Positions 45,191 through 55,763 of a stretch of DNA of 64,000 bases are shown piece by piece. The notes beneath the pieces were generated by a model. It saw only the letters and a list, made by a program, of their open reading frames with translations, ran no database searches and was not told the origin of the DNA. The DNA comes from a plasmid. Position 1 is the first letter of the stretch. Each line of letters opens with the position of its first letter. The position numbers were made by a program, and so were the translations under genes. The DNA lies in the sequence record NZ_AP019754.1; one strand, given 5' to 3'.

Positions 45191-46450
45191 TCAGGCTAAA
45201 CCCAGTCCACGTTTACCCACCGAATTGAGATCGGCGAGGGTAAACCGGTTCTTCCAGCCGGCCTCGTAATGTTCAGGCGGAAAATCAGCGGGGGAATGAC
45301 CCTGCTCAAGTGCACTCGTCACCTGATGCGCATAAGCGCGGTTTTTATCACACATTGGCGCTGCGGGAATATACATAACGTTTCCCCATCCCTGTTGATT
45401 TTCAACCGATGCGACCGCATGAATCAGGTCACAGTGCCACCATACCGAATCGCCTGCGGTGATCGCCGGTACGGAGCATAATCCTTTTACCAAATGCGGG
45501 TGCCATTTTTCACTAATCGGGAGTACGCGCCCCGGTTTAACACCGCATAATTCATCGTCAGCGACATCCGATAACAATGGGCGCAGCAGCACATATGCAA
45601 TTGCCTCCGGTACGGGAACCACGTGCAGTAAGCCCTGACCCGGCATCATATCGGACAGCGCCGTCCATCCCTGAAACGTCCGGAAAGCCGAGCATTTTGT
45701 GGTATCAGGAACATCAAACTCATCCACTTCGCTGCGATGAGCAGCATGCCACGGGTCGTAATGCTCAAGATTGCCGTCAAAAATCGATCGAAAAACGCGT
45801 TGGTAAGCGGGCAACAGCCAGCGTTCCAGCGCGCCGGAGTCAGTGTGTGCGCCCAACCCTTTCGAGGTTGTTCCTGGCGGTCGCCGACGAATGCGATCCG
45901 GATAGATAAGATTCACGTCCGGATCGAACCATTGCTGGCCCCCGGATTCAAACGTCCACAGGCGATTTAAACATGACTGCACCTGGGCCATTTCAGGACT
46001 CTGGCGCGCCTCCATTTGTGCGTGAGACCAGTAAATGGGATAGATTTCTGGGCGGGATGCTTCCAGGCTGCCGAAGAAATTATCGCCCGGGCCGCGGTAC
46101 TGTGCATCAAACTGATTTTCGTCCAGGTAACACAGCATGGAGGTATCCCATGCCAGCGCCTGTTCCCGAGGGAAATGCTGCTTAACCACCACACAGCCAC
46201 GGCGCTTGATGCTTTCTCGGGTTTCAGGCGTCAGCCCTTGGGTGATCTCCTCGGGTGAAATAACCGGCCAGGCGCTGCCGTTTAGCCGCTCTTCCGCTTT
46301 TGCGTCGCTTATCGCCTGCTCGGTTCTCTGGCAAACCTGCCTGAATAAGCCTTCAACATCGCCAATCTGCTGACGGATCTGCTGTTTAAACTGGCGGATG
46401 GCGGCTGAAATATCCGTGGGTAACGCTGTGTGCTGAAGCTTTACATTCAT
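45191..46450 (-). CDS. ybiU: DUF1479-family protein (YbiU-like)
   Basis: 419 aa, similar in size and, as far as I recall, in sequence to E. coli YbiU. Adjacent to a ybiV-like HAD phosphatase, as in E. coli. Confidence 0.5.
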   Translation of the reverse strand: MNVKLQHTALPTDISAAIRQFKQQIRQQIGDVEGLFRQVCQRTEQAISDAKAEERLNGSAWPVISPEEITQGLTPETRESIKRRGCVVVKQHFPREQALAWDTSMLCYLDENQFDAQYRGPGDNFFGSLEASRPEIYPIYWSHAQMEARQSPEMAQVQSCLNRLWTFESGGQQWFDPDVNLIYPDRIRRRPPGTTSKGLGAHTDSGALERWLLPAYQRVFRSIFDGNLEHYDPWHAAHRSEVDEFDVPDTTKCSAFRTFQGWTALSDMMPGQGLLHVVPVPEAIAYVLLRPLLSDVADDELCGVKPGRVLPISEKWHPHLVKGLCSVPAITAGDSVWWHCDLIHAVASVENQQGWGNVMYIPAAPMCDKNRAYAHQVTSALEQGHSPADFPPEHYEAGWKNRFTLADLNSVGKRGLGLA

Positions 46451-46673
46451 GACTGCGCCCTTAACAGTGTTTTCATTTTACATATGAAGGTTTATTTCAT
46501 TTCATTCGAAAGTCAGCACTATGTTTAACAGATTGCTGTTGGTGAAAACCGGAACTGGCGCACAATGTGAGCGAACAGAAGGATTTTTGATGACTGGAAT
46601 TCTCATTATCCCCTTCAACGAGTAAGCTTAAAAATGAGTGAGCCTGTTCAGGCCGGGAAAAAGGGGGATGACA

Positions 46674-47495
46674 ATGGCAGTAAGGATGATTGCAGTGGAT
46701 ATGGATGGGACGTTTCTGGACGAAAACAAGCAGTACAACGTCCAGCGCTTTTCACGCCAGTACGCCCTGCTAAAGCAAAAAGGTATTCACTTTGTTGTCG
46801 CCAGTGGCAATCAATATTATCAGCTACAGCGCTACTTTCCTGACATCAAAAACGACATCGCGTTTGTTGCCGAAAATGGTGCTTGGGTATCAGAAGGCGA
46901 TGATGAAATTTTTTGTGGTGAGCTGGCAAAGGAAAGCGTGCACCGCGTGTTGGATATCCTGGCAAAAGAGCCGGATATCAGCACTGTCGTTTGTGGACGC
47001 AAGGGCGCTTATGTCCATTCTTCAATGCCAGACAGCGTTATTCAGATGCTTAACAATCATTATTACCGACTTGAAAAGCGCGATAATCTTTATGATATCG
47101 ATGACACCATTTTTAAGTTTTCGCTTAACCTGGCCAACGAAGGCATAGACAGCCTGATGGATCGTCTGCATAACCAGCTCGGTGAAATCGATCATATTAT
47201 GCACCCCGTATCGAGCGGCTATGGCTTTATTGACCTGATTATTCCAGGCTGTCACAAGGCACATGGTATTGCTTTGCTGCAACAAAAATGGGGCATTAGC
47301 GATTGTGAGGTGGTGGCCATCGGCGACAGTGCAAACGATATCGAAATGTTGCGCCAGGCCTGTTTCAGTTTTGCAATGGCCAATGCTGTTGAGTCGGTTT
47401 CAGCCGTTGCGCGGTTTAAAACGGAAAGCAATCAGGATGAAGGGGCGCTAAACGTCATTGCCAGAGTGCTGGCGCGCGAATTCCCTTTTGATTAA
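46674..47495 (+). CDS. ybiV: Cof-type HAD-IIB sugar phosphatase (YbiV/SupH-like)
   Basis: HAD motif I VDMDGTFL, Cof subfamily features. Start at ATG 46674 with GGGGG RBS. Confidence 0.7.
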   Translation: MAVRMIAVDMDGTFLDENKQYNVQRFSRQYALLKQKGIHFVVASGNQYYQLQRYFPDIKNDIAFVAENGAWVSEGDDEIFCGELAKESVHRVLDILAKEPDISTVVCGRKGAYVHSSMPDSVIQMLNNHYYRLEKRDNLYDIDDTIFKFSLNLANEGIDSLMDRLHNQLGEIDHIMHPVSSGYGFIDLIIPGCHKAHGIALLQQKWGISDCEVVAIGDSANDIEMLRQACFSFAMANAVESVSAVARFKTESNQDEGALNVIARVLAREFPFD

Positions 47496-47784
47496 CGCCG
47501 CAATGGCGGCTTTTCAATCATGAGCGCGGAAGGGGAGCCTCTTCAAAAACAAACTTAACGTGACGCTGTCACTTATTTTGCCTGCTTCTGATCTTTTCGG
47601 ACTGTATAAGGTGCTGGCAGGGGATGTCAGTACCGCGCAAAGAAACCGCATGCAAAGACAGGTTAATGGTAATAGTTACAACATACTTTAAATGATTTTC
47701 TTAACACCGTTCGGTTAGATCGACGTCGTCTTTGTCTGGGCAAGAAAATCACGAAAAGCCCGGTCCAGGCCGGGCGGGCAGGCA

Positions 47785-48471
47785 TTATTTATCCGCTTTC
47801 TTCTCATCCTCAGCGCCTGACGGCTCCGCTTCAGCAACGGACAGCCAGGGCTTGAGGAGTTGAATATCCAGAATGACGTAAACCATCGTGCTAATAAATA
47901 ACGAAATCACGCTACCGAATACGCCGCTGGTGGTGAAGGTCAGATAGTTATAGATAATCAACCAGGTCAGGCAAATGAACAGGGAAAGGGCAAGCATAAT
48001 CGATGAGAGTGAATAGTTGCTGGTGCCGGCGCCTTGTTGGTGCGTCAGTTTAAACAGGTTCCCGAGGGTGTATTTTTCCAGCATCAAAATCGTTTTTTGC
48101 CAGTTACGGCGTTGGCGTGAACCTGCGCGAACAATAAACAGATACAGTACGGAGATAAAAAAGCCTGAAAAGGCAATCAGTACCGGCACAGCCTCCAGAG
48201 CATACTCAATGCTTTTGTGGCTTGCGCCAGCCGGGCTCAGGTCCAGCGTTAATGAGGCACCCAGTGCGGCATACAGAAAAACGAATAGCGCCAAAAAGGT
48301 TATCGTGCGCTTCCAGTCCGCCTCTGCTTCGCGGTTCTGTTGCTGGAGGGCGACGGTAAAGGCGCGTTCGATATGTTCAGCCTGAGGTGAGTGCATTTCA
48401 ATCGCCTCTACCGTTTCATCCAGCAGGGCAGTGATAAAAGGTTTGTGGTCGTTGTGCAGGGGAATTTTCAT
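47785..48471 (-). CDS. Hypothetical inner membrane protein
   Basis: 228 aa with about 4 predicted TM helices after a soluble N-terminal region. I recognise no family. Confidence 0.45.
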   Translation of the reverse strand: MKIPLHNDHKPFITALLDETVEAIEMHSPQAEHIERAFTVALQQQNREAEADWKRTITFLALFVFLYAALGASLTLDLSPAGASHKSIEYALEAVPVLIAFSGFFISVLYLFIVRAGSRQRRNWQKTILMLEKYTLGNLFKLTHQQGAGTSNYSLSSIMLALSLFICLTWLIIYNYLTFTTSGVFGSVISLFISTMVYVILDIQLLKPWLSVAEAEPSGAEDEKKADK

Positions 48472-48641
48472 GACGTCGATTCTCGTTGAAATTTCCGCTT
48501 ATTTTAGTCTGCCTGAAGGGAAATGATACCTGCTTAACGTGATTAACCTTGTCAGACTGAGCCACTTAACTCGCAGGTAATGCGCTTTGCGAGCACGGCA
48601 TGATGTACACTGCTTATGAACTCACCACGAGGAAAGCGATT

Positions 48642-48953
48642 ATGAATGACAAGAAAATGATTTCCATCGATCAGTTCAGTGATGAAGAGCGACTCGCCGT
48701 TAATGAAGTTCTTCAAAACCTGATGCAGAAGCACCGTCAACGCACCGGCAAAGAACCTGATGCAAAAAAAGAGAAAGAGTTAAACAGCGAAGCTCGTCAG
48801 CAGGTCATGGCCGATAAACTTCTTAATGAAAAGTTAAAAGCAGAAAAAGAAAGTAAAAAACCGCTCAGGAAAAAGAAACCCTCTTCGCTAACGGCCAGTG
48901 AAGTCGGCGATTTCAACTGGTCCGCCTCAGTGGCTAAAGGCCGCAGAAGATAA
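48642..48953 (+). CDS. Hypothetical lysine-rich coiled-coil protein
   Basis: About 103 aa from ATG 48642 with AGGAAA RBS. K/E-rich low-complexity C-terminal half. Confidence 0.4.
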   Translation: MNDKKMISIDQFSDEERLAVNEVLQNLMQKHRQRTGKEPDAKKEKELNSEARQQVMADKLLNEKLKAEKESKKPLRKKKPSSLTASEVGDFNWSASVAKGRRR

Positions 48954-49136
48954 AATAACGCCCAGTCGCGCTAAGGCCTGACGATATAACATGGATCGTT
49001 GGGCCATGTGGACCCGGGCAAGTCATCGGCATGAGTCATCTTAACGGCAATAACAAATAAAGGGTAAAAGTCTTAAAAATTAAAGCGCAGGGCGTTTTTT
49101 GTGGATAAACTGCGCTAAATATATTGTCAATTACGC

Positions 49137-50201
49137 GTGCGAATGACCTATTACTCACCTGATGATCATCATCTTAAAATGCGATCCACGCGATTTGTCC
49201 GTCGCATGTTTGCCATGCGCCAGCTTGGCACGCTTTTATGTTTTTTGCCGATTGCATCCGTTCTCCTGGAACTGGGGAAAGAACCAGCGATATTGGTATT
49301 ACTGATTAGCAACGTTCTTATCTGGCCTTATCTGGCATACCGCCTTGCCGTAAAATCACGGGACTCCACCGCGCGGGAGCGTTCAAATTTAACGCTGGAT
49401 GCCGCATTTGGCGGTATCTGGATTGCGCTGATGGCCGTGAGTCCTATGCCGTCCTTTGTCATCATCGCGGTTTTGATGGCCGACCGTTACGCCGCAGGAG
49501 GCTGGCCTCAGCTGCTCTCTGCAGCGCAGGCATTTCTGTTTGCCTTTATCCTGGTATGGACGATTGAAGGCGCGCCGGTTTTGATGGAGTTTAGTACGCG
49601 CACAGCGTGGCTTACCCTTCCACTGGCCACATTCTATATGTTGGCACTCAGCGTTGTATCACACAATTTGACGTTGAGCCTGCGTCAGAAGAACCGTGAG
49701 CTGGAGAGAATTGCGCTGATGGATCCCGGTCTGGAAATCCCTAATCGTCGTTTGTTCGAACGCCGGCTTGAAAGCGAGCTTTTGCGCACCTTGCGGGGTG
49801 ACACCAGAGCGTATCTGATACTGATAGATGTCGACCATTTTAAAAACGTTAACGATACGTTCGGTCACGAAGCCGGGGATTTTTTGCTGGCTGAAATTTC
49901 CGGCCTGTTACGTGACAGCGTAGGTATGAAAGACATTCCGGCACGGTTTGGCGGAGATGAACTTGGCGTTATCATCCGTGATTCGAATGACGTTGACATC
50001 ATCAGACTGGCCGAATCGCTTCAAAGAAATATTGGGCAATTACGCCTGCCTGCTTCTGTAACGTTCAGGTGTTCCGTCAGTATTGGCATTGCCAGTGCTG
50101 ATAAAGCCGACTCAATACATGAGTGGCTGCGGCGCGCTGATAAAGCGTTATATGAAGTGAAACGATCAGGGCGGAATGGCCTGAAATTATGGCGGGCCTG
50201 A
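49137..50201 (+). CDS. Membrane-anchored diguanylate cyclase (multi-TM N-terminal sensor domain + GGDEF domain with variant GGDEL motif)
   Basis: The C-terminal domain has the GGDEF-domain hallmarks (DVDHFKNVNDTFGHEAGD, RFGGDELGVI), but the signature reads GGDEL. Six or so N-terminal TM helices. Confidence 0.75.
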   Translation: MRMTYYSPDDHHLKMRSTRFVRRMFAMRQLGTLLCFLPIASVLLELGKEPAILVLLISNVLIWPYLAYRLAVKSRDSTARERSNLTLDAAFGGIWIALMAVSPMPSFVIIAVLMADRYAAGGWPQLLSAAQAFLFAFILVWTIEGAPVLMEFSTRTAWLTLPLATFYMLALSVVSHNLTLSLRQKNRELERIALMDPGLEIPNRRLFERRLESELLRTLRGDTRAYLILIDVDHFKNVNDTFGHEAGDFLLAEISGLLRDSVGMKDIPARFGGDELGVIIRDSNDVDIIRLAESLQRNIGQLRLPASVTFRCSVSIGIASADKADSIHEWLRRADKALYEVKRSGRNGLKLWRA

Positions 50202-50299
50202 TCCCCAGCGGAACAACGCATCGCGGGGTTTGATAACGTCCATCCGTAGTACATCACCAGACCGTCATCAATGCCGCCTCCTCTGAGGCGGCATAAGTA

Positions 50300-51085
50300 T
50301 CAGATAGCCGGATAGTCGCCAGTGCCTTCAGGCCAGGGCGTGAGCAGGTCAAAGCCCGTCTCGGTGACGGCGACGGTATGCTCCCACTGGGCAGACAGCG
50401 AGCGATCTTTTGTAACCACCGTCCAGCCATCAGAAAGCACACTGGTCCCTGCTTTTCCAGCATTGATCATGGGTTCGATGGTAAAAATCATCCCTGCCTG
50501 TAAAGGCATTCCTTCGCCCGGCGTGCCGTAGTGAAGAATTTGAGGTTCGGTATGATAAATCTCGCCGACGCCATGACCGCAATATTCCCTGACCACGGAA
50601 AAACCCGCGCTCTCAGCAAGGCGCTGAATAGCGGCGCCAATATCGCCCAGTGTCGCGCCCGGGCGAACCGTTTTAATGCCTGCAACCATGGACTGATAGG
50701 TAATATCCACCAGCCGTTTTGCACGCACGGATGGCGTCCCCACAAAATACATTCGGCTGGTATCGCCATACCAGCCATCTTTAATAATGGCGACATCGAT
50801 ATTCACAATATCACCTTCTTTTAATGTTTTGGCCGCCGGGATCCCGTGGCAAACAACATGGTTAACGGAAGTACAGGTGGTACGGGTGTAACCGTGATAA
50901 CCGATATTGGCGGGCGTAACGTTGAGTTCATTGACAATAAAATCATGACAGATATCGTCCAGTTGCTCTGTCGTGATCCCCGGGCGTACATGAGGGGTGA
51001 TCATCGCCAGCACCTGGGCGGCAGCGTGCCCGGCAGCACGGGCTTTTTCAATTTCTTCTGCAGAATGGATCTTAACGTTCCCCAT
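50300..51085 (-). CDS. map: Type I methionine aminopeptidase
   Basis: 261 aa; conserved Map motifs (GYHGY, metal-binding D/D/H/E/E framework). Start overlaps the stop of the upstream small ORF (ATGA). Confidence 0.85.
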   Translation of the reverse strand: MGNVKIHSAEEIEKARAAGHAAAQVLAMITPHVRPGITTEQLDDICHDFIVNELNVTPANIGYHGYTRTTCTSVNHVVCHGIPAAKTLKEGDIVNIDVAIIKDGWYGDTSRMYFVGTPSVRAKRLVDITYQSMVAGIKTVRPGATLGDIGAAIQRLAESAGFSVVREYCGHGVGEIYHTEPQILHYGTPGEGMPLQAGMIFTIEPMINAGKAGTSVLSDGWTVVTKDRSLSAQWEHTVAVTETGFDLLTPWPEGTGDYPAI

Positions 51086-51327
51086 TACACTTCTCCTTGT
51101 GGGGTTAAATCGGCATGATGTAGTACCTGGCGAATATCGGCACCGCCGTTCATTTCGATGCGGATTAATGTTTGAGCAAGCTCGTGTTGTGTCAGCTGGG
51201 GATACAGCTCGGCCAGCATGCCCAGTTTTAACCAGTGCTCAGCCTGCGCATTTATTGAGCGGCTCATCGCCTGGCTGGCGATGCGTAAGTTTTCATGCAT
51301 CAGATCGGATATTTTAACAATGCCCAT
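51085..51327 (-). CDS. ParD-like (RHH-type) antitoxin-family small protein
   Basis: 80 aa; MGIVKISD..NLRIASQAMSRSINAQAEHWLKLG resembles the ParD-like antitoxin family (PF11903) as I recall it. Translationally coupled to map. Confidence 0.45.
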   Translation of the reverse strand: MGIVKISDLMHENLRIASQAMSRSINAQAEHWLKLGMLAELYPQLTQHELAQTLIRIEMNGGADIRQVLHHADLTPQGEV

Positions 51328-51963
51328 GCGAAGCCTATATAGAATGTATACGTTTTATATATAGGTTACGCTTTTTGCGGTGACAGTGAAAGCTGAATTA
51401 ACCGGTCAAAAAATGCTTAAAGCGCCATTCTTCCGGTAGCGCGATGAATTTCTAACTTAATGACACAGTCTGAGTGCGTATTTAATCTGTTCTGATCTCG
51501 CGCCTTTTATTGGCGTGCCGGGCAGAGTTAGTCTTTGATGTGACCGATCAGCAAAGTCACACACCATTCTCTGACCGGGTTAAACTTCATAAACCTATGC
51601 GGTATTACCCAGGTTAACTTTTCATGTTACTTCGCAGATCATGAACCATAATCTACTGTTGAAAATCTGCGATATTGACGCATCACGCCTGTTCCGTCCT
51701 GGCCATCGCGCTGAGGTCTGCAATTCATGGGTTGGGTACAATCAGACAGAGATTTGTCTTTGTCCGATTGTTGCCCCTGCTTCAGTTACAGGCCGGTTGC
51801 GGATGTCCGTTGACAAGACGCGGTGTGGATTGCGCAGAGTGGCGGTAATGTGCGGGAGGTTTAACGCAGGCGGTGGTATTTTATCCGGGGCTTTACGCCT
51901 TAAAACGGCATCATAAAAGGATTACGCGTGTTCACGTTGCACTTAACCACCGGGATTAACCTT

Positions 51964-52257
51964 ATGAGAGCACTCTTCGTCACAGGCCTGATCTTTGCGC
52001 TAGCCGCATGCTCCAGCTCAGTGGGTCGCAATGTTGATACAGCAACCGTTCAGAAAATCAGGCCAGGCCTGACAACCCGAGCGGATCTGATCGCGATGTT
52101 TGGCCCGCCTGACACGGAATCCCCGTATCCCAACGGACAACAGTTACTGATGTGGAAATACAGTAAAGCCCGAGCGCTGGCTACCTCGGCAGGTGAAACG
52201 CTTACGGTACAGACAAAAAATGGCAAAGTGTTTAACTACACCTTCAGTAAAAGCTGA
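51964..52257 (+). CDS. Small lipoprotein, SmpA/OmlA (BamE-like) fold
   Basis: Lipobox LAAC after MRALFVTGLIF. IRPGLTTRADLIAMFGPPD resembles the BamE-like motif. Alternative GTG start at 51928. Confidence 0.5.
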   Translation: MRALFVTGLIFALAACSSSVGRNVDTATVQKIRPGLTTRADLIAMFGPPDTESPYPNGQQLLMWKYSKARALATSAGETLTVQTKNGKVFNYTFSKS

Positions 52258-52298
52258 CGTTTTATCCCCCATATCTCTGCGCACAATAAAAAACGTGA

Positions 52299-52595
52299 TT
52301 GTATTGCCAGGTTAACACAATTGCGGATCTGTGCAGGGAGTTAACGTATTCCTCTTCGTTCAGGAGGGATGTGATCAATAAGCCCATCGTGGCAACCGGC
52401 ACCGGAAAACGTATTCTTAGAATTGTCGGTATCGCCGGTGAGCTGGCCGATGCCATGGATAATATTTCGCTGTCCTTATCAACACAGGCAGGACATTTTT
52501 AAGGTGAGTATTGCCGTTAGCCAGATGGATGCTGCCACGCAAACGCACGCCGCGCTTGTCGAAAAATCCTCTCCAGCCTCGTAATCTTAATCTGA
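52299..52595 (+). pseudogene. Methyl-accepting chemotaxis protein C-terminal remnant (frameshifted)
   Basis: Two frames encode ...ATGTGKRILRIVGIAGELADAMDNIS... and VSIAVSQMDAATQTHAALVEKS, which correspond to the extreme C-terminus of MCP signalling domains (compare the intact MCP at 60838-62769). No N-terminal part is present. Confidence 0.5.
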
Positions 52596-53029
52596 GCAGA
52601 TGTACGCTATGGTGAAACCCTTCCGCTTAGCGCGCCCGCCCCGTCATTAACGTGTTTCCCGTTGTCTCGTCAGCGATGACGGGGCAACGCCATGTTGCGC
52701 TTGCTGCACAGCGCCGCGTAAAGCCCGCCCACATCCTTCGGCGTGTTAAGTGCCGGGCAATCCAGTGAACATCTTATTCCCCTCTGAAAATCCCGACGGC
52801 AATGCCGATTTGAAGAAAAACGTCTCTCCTGGCGAATGTCACGGGGAAGGGCAGTGTCTCTGCGTAGCGTCGAGGCGTTAACCCAGTCATTGCCGTTTTG
52901 CATCCTTGCCTTGATTCCTTTTCAGAATCAGCGTAGCGACGTCTTTATGACTCCAGACTTAACAGGTCTGGAGTCACAGTCGGCAGAAAGGTAGAATCTG
53001 CAATACGGCTTTATTATCTGGGAAGGGCA

Positions 53030-54130
53030 GTGGCTGAAATCAGCATAAATACAAGGTCGCCGCATGTCGGCCATCACGTCATGGTATGGCTGGAGCAGAT
53101 CAGAAAGGCTTCGCTGTCTGAAGTCGATAATTTTGGTGACGAGGGCACGGTCGAGCAGGTCATTAAGGTCTGGGTAAAGCTGTCATTACTCGTTACGCGT
53201 CGCCGTCCTGAAATCGCGATTTCCTCCCTTCTCCGGCATGTCTTACCGAATATTGGCTCACTCCCGCTGAAGAATCTGACGCGATTACGACTAAACAGAC
53301 TATATAACATACTGATTTCAGAGGGTAAAAAGGAAGAGGCGCGGCGCGTATTCGCGTTGACAAAACAGTTTTTATCCTGGGCAGAAATGCAGGGTTATCT
53401 TGAGCATTCCCCTGTTGCTTCAATGAAAAAACGTGACATTGCAGGCCGTGCGGCCTCACCGCGCAGTCGACAGTTGTCGGATGCTGAGATTTGGGTGTTC
53501 TGGCATGGGCTGGACAACTGGGCACTCTCTGAACAGGCCCGTTGGGCACTGCGGCTTTGCCTGGTGAGCGCGCGACGACCAGACGAGATCGTTCAGGCTC
53601 GTAAAGCAGAATTTAATTTACAGTCAGGGCTGTGGAAACAAGGTACGCGGAACAAATCGCAGCGTGAACATACGTTGCCGGTCTCTTCCCTGATGCGCTT
53701 GTGTATCGAGTCATTGTTAAAGGCCAGCGATCCTGCTTCGCCCTGGCTGGTACCGGCACCGCGCGATGTGATGCAACCGCTGTCAAAAGGTGCGCTTAAT
53801 CAGGCTCTGCGACGCATGTTACGCGCACCGCGCGGCCTGGGACTGGAACATTTTACACCACGAGACCTGCGGCGAACGGCACGCTCAAAGTTATCTGCAC
53901 TGGACACGCCCAACGACGTGGCAAGAAAAATCATGAATCATGCATTAGAAGGGATAGATCGTGTTTACGATACGCACGACTATGTCGTGCAGATGCGCGC
54001 TGCACTGGAAAAGTATTCGGAATCATTACAGGTAATTATCAACAGTGATAGTTACCATTTTCTACATCATCGTTATGAAGGCGAAAGGCTGAAATTAGAC
54101 AGTTCCTCTGTCATGGTCATGAGCCTTTAA
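53030..54130 (+). CDS. Tyrosine recombinase/integrase (P4-like), possibly lacking the N-terminal arm-binding domain
   Basis: C-terminal catalytic region with R...HxxR...Y arrangement (FTPRDLRRTARS, NHALEG..RVYDTHDY). At 366 aa and without a recognisable DUF4102 N-terminus it may be N-terminally degenerate. No tRNA found nearby. Confidence 0.7.
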   Translation: MAEISINTRSPHVGHHVMVWLEQIRKASLSEVDNFGDEGTVEQVIKVWVKLSLLVTRRRPEIAISSLLRHVLPNIGSLPLKNLTRLRLNRLYNILISEGKKEEARRVFALTKQFLSWAEMQGYLEHSPVASMKKRDIAGRAASPRSRQLSDAEIWVFWHGLDNWALSEQARWALRLCLVSARRPDEIVQARKAEFNLQSGLWKQGTRNKSQREHTLPVSSLMRLCIESLLKASDPASPWLVPAPRDVMQPLSKGALNQALRRMLRAPRGLGLEHFTPRDLRRTARSKLSALDTPNDVARKIMNHALEGIDRVYDTHDYVVQMRAALEKYSESLQVIINSDSYHFLHHRYEGERLKLDSSSVMVMSL

Positions 54131-54154
54131 CGGGACAGTCAGGCTGTTTCCAAT

Positions 54155-54184
54155 AAAAAAGCGGTGTCCTCATCAACACCGCTT
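54155..54184. terminator. Bidirectional hairpin terminator between the integrase and hns-like genes
   Basis: AAAAAAGCGGTGT-loop-ACACCGCTT with a T-run on the minus-strand side. Confidence 0.65.
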
Positions 54185-54191
54185 AATTATG

Positions 54192-54587
54192 TCAGATCAG
54201 GAAGTCATCGAGAGAACCGCCTGCATCCAGGGCCTTTTTAATAGGCGATGGTGTACGGCCCTGACCTGTCCATGATTTCTTTTCACCGTTTTCGTCGGTA
54301 TATTGATATTTAGCCGGGCGCGGAGCACGTTTAGCTTTTGTTTTAGTTTCTGTAGGTAAATCCATCAGCTCAGAAATATCGATGCCGTCATTCATCAGCA
54401 TTTCTTTATATTTAGCCAGCTTGTCTGCTTTTTCACGCAGCAGGGCTTGCTCAGCTTCTTCTTCTTCACGGCGTTCAGCGACAACGACAGAAAGCTTTTC
54501 GAGCATCTCATTTAACACATCAAGCTCAATTTCCCGGGCTTGTGCACGTAAAATACGAAGGTTATTTAATGCTTTGAGCGCATCCAT
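54192..54587 (-). CDS. hns: H-NS family nucleoid-associated protein (xenogeneic silencer paralog)
   Basis: 131 aa, colinear with my recollection of E. coli H-NS ([18 protein letters not shown]..., C-terminal TGQGRTP...[12 protein letters not shown]). Followed by about 1.1 kb of AT-rich DNA. Confidence 0.85.
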   Translation of the reverse strand: MDALKALNNLRILRAQAREIELDVLNEMLEKLSVVVAERREEEEAEQALLREKADKLAKYKEMLMNDGIDISELMDLPTETKTKAKRAPRPAKYQYTDENGEKKSWTGQGRTPSPIKKALDAGGSLDDFLI

Positions 54588-55607
54588 TGATTAATCCTTA
54601 AATTACAGCGAATATTTTAAACAGAGCCATTCTACGAAAAATATTCCCAGAAGGAAATATCTCTTCAGTCCGAAATGTACAAATTTGTTACTGTAAAGAT
54701 TATTACTGACTTTCAGAACCTGAGAAACGGCATAAAGTTTAGGAATACATTGATGTTTTAAACATATTTAAACCGCCTCATGCCAATGAAAGGCGAGCAG
54801 GTTCTACACAACATGAATTATAGAATCTCTTTTTTAAGTTAAAAAATCAATGAAAATCAAAACCTAATACCTGGCTATCTTGATTTGTCGTCACGTTGTA
54901 AACCTGGAATGATGTGATTTGTCTCGTCAGAGAGAAATGATAACGTATAGTTAATAATAGCCACCCTTAAATAAAAGCTGGTCTGAGCGGACGAAATGCC
55001 TTACTAAAAAAACCGCTATTGAGGATAACGTTTTGTTATATGTAAATCCTGATTTTGATGCCAGACATCCCTCGAACCTTCCATAACCCGACCGTTGCAG
55101 CTGTTGGCTGCTTTGCAAAGATGAGAAACGGCTTTACCCGATCTGAGAAAAATAGCATTCCGGATTCCCAATTACACAAACCCGATAAAGCAACCTGTAA
55201 CCTGTGCCAGGCTTCATGCCAGGCTGAACGTTTTCTCTGTCAACCCAACGGCCATAAGTCTGTATTATCTGAACATAAGCGAAGCGTCAATAAGGGCAAT
55301 AACGTTCACATCACCGTTGTCAATAACAGCCTTTACCCATTTTTTCCATATTGTTTAAACCTGCAGTTCACCTGTCTCAGATAATGACCGCATTATATAT
55401 AAGGAAAAAAGACATAAGCGAGTGTGAGAAATAATTCTGTTCACACAGGGGTAAAACGGATGGCTCAAAAATATCCAGGCCAGCTAATTTCAGCGTTACG
55501 TCACGCGCTCGGGTTCAGAAGTACTGTGCCCGACTTGCGCTAAAACATCTGCATTATCAACAGAATACACACATCGGCTTTTCTGACGCTTTTAAAGATA
55601 AATGTTA

Positions 55608-55630
55608 ACAATAACTTGCAATGATAATCT
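55608..55630. promoter_or_regulatory. Fur-box-like sequence upstream of the second TonB-dependent receptor
   Basis: GCAATGATAATCTAAATGAGTAT partially matches the Fur consensus. Confidence 0.4.
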
Positions 55631-55763
55631 AAATGAGTATATTTCTCATTTGTTTTTACATGTTGTTGTTTTTGTCCTTATTCCTGATGGCCAGCCCGCA
55701 CGGTAGTTAACTGGGACTGATGCAGGGCAGTGGCAGCTAAAAAAAAGAAAACGAGGCGTTAGA

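Noticed and set aside
52640-53029. Possible tRNA/tmRNA integration target upstream of the integrase
   Set aside because: I could not identify a cloverleaf, a T-loop GTTCGAATC-like motif or a CCA end. Only a simple 10-bp hairpin and a 13-bp direct repeat are present, which is insufficient to call an RNA gene or att site.
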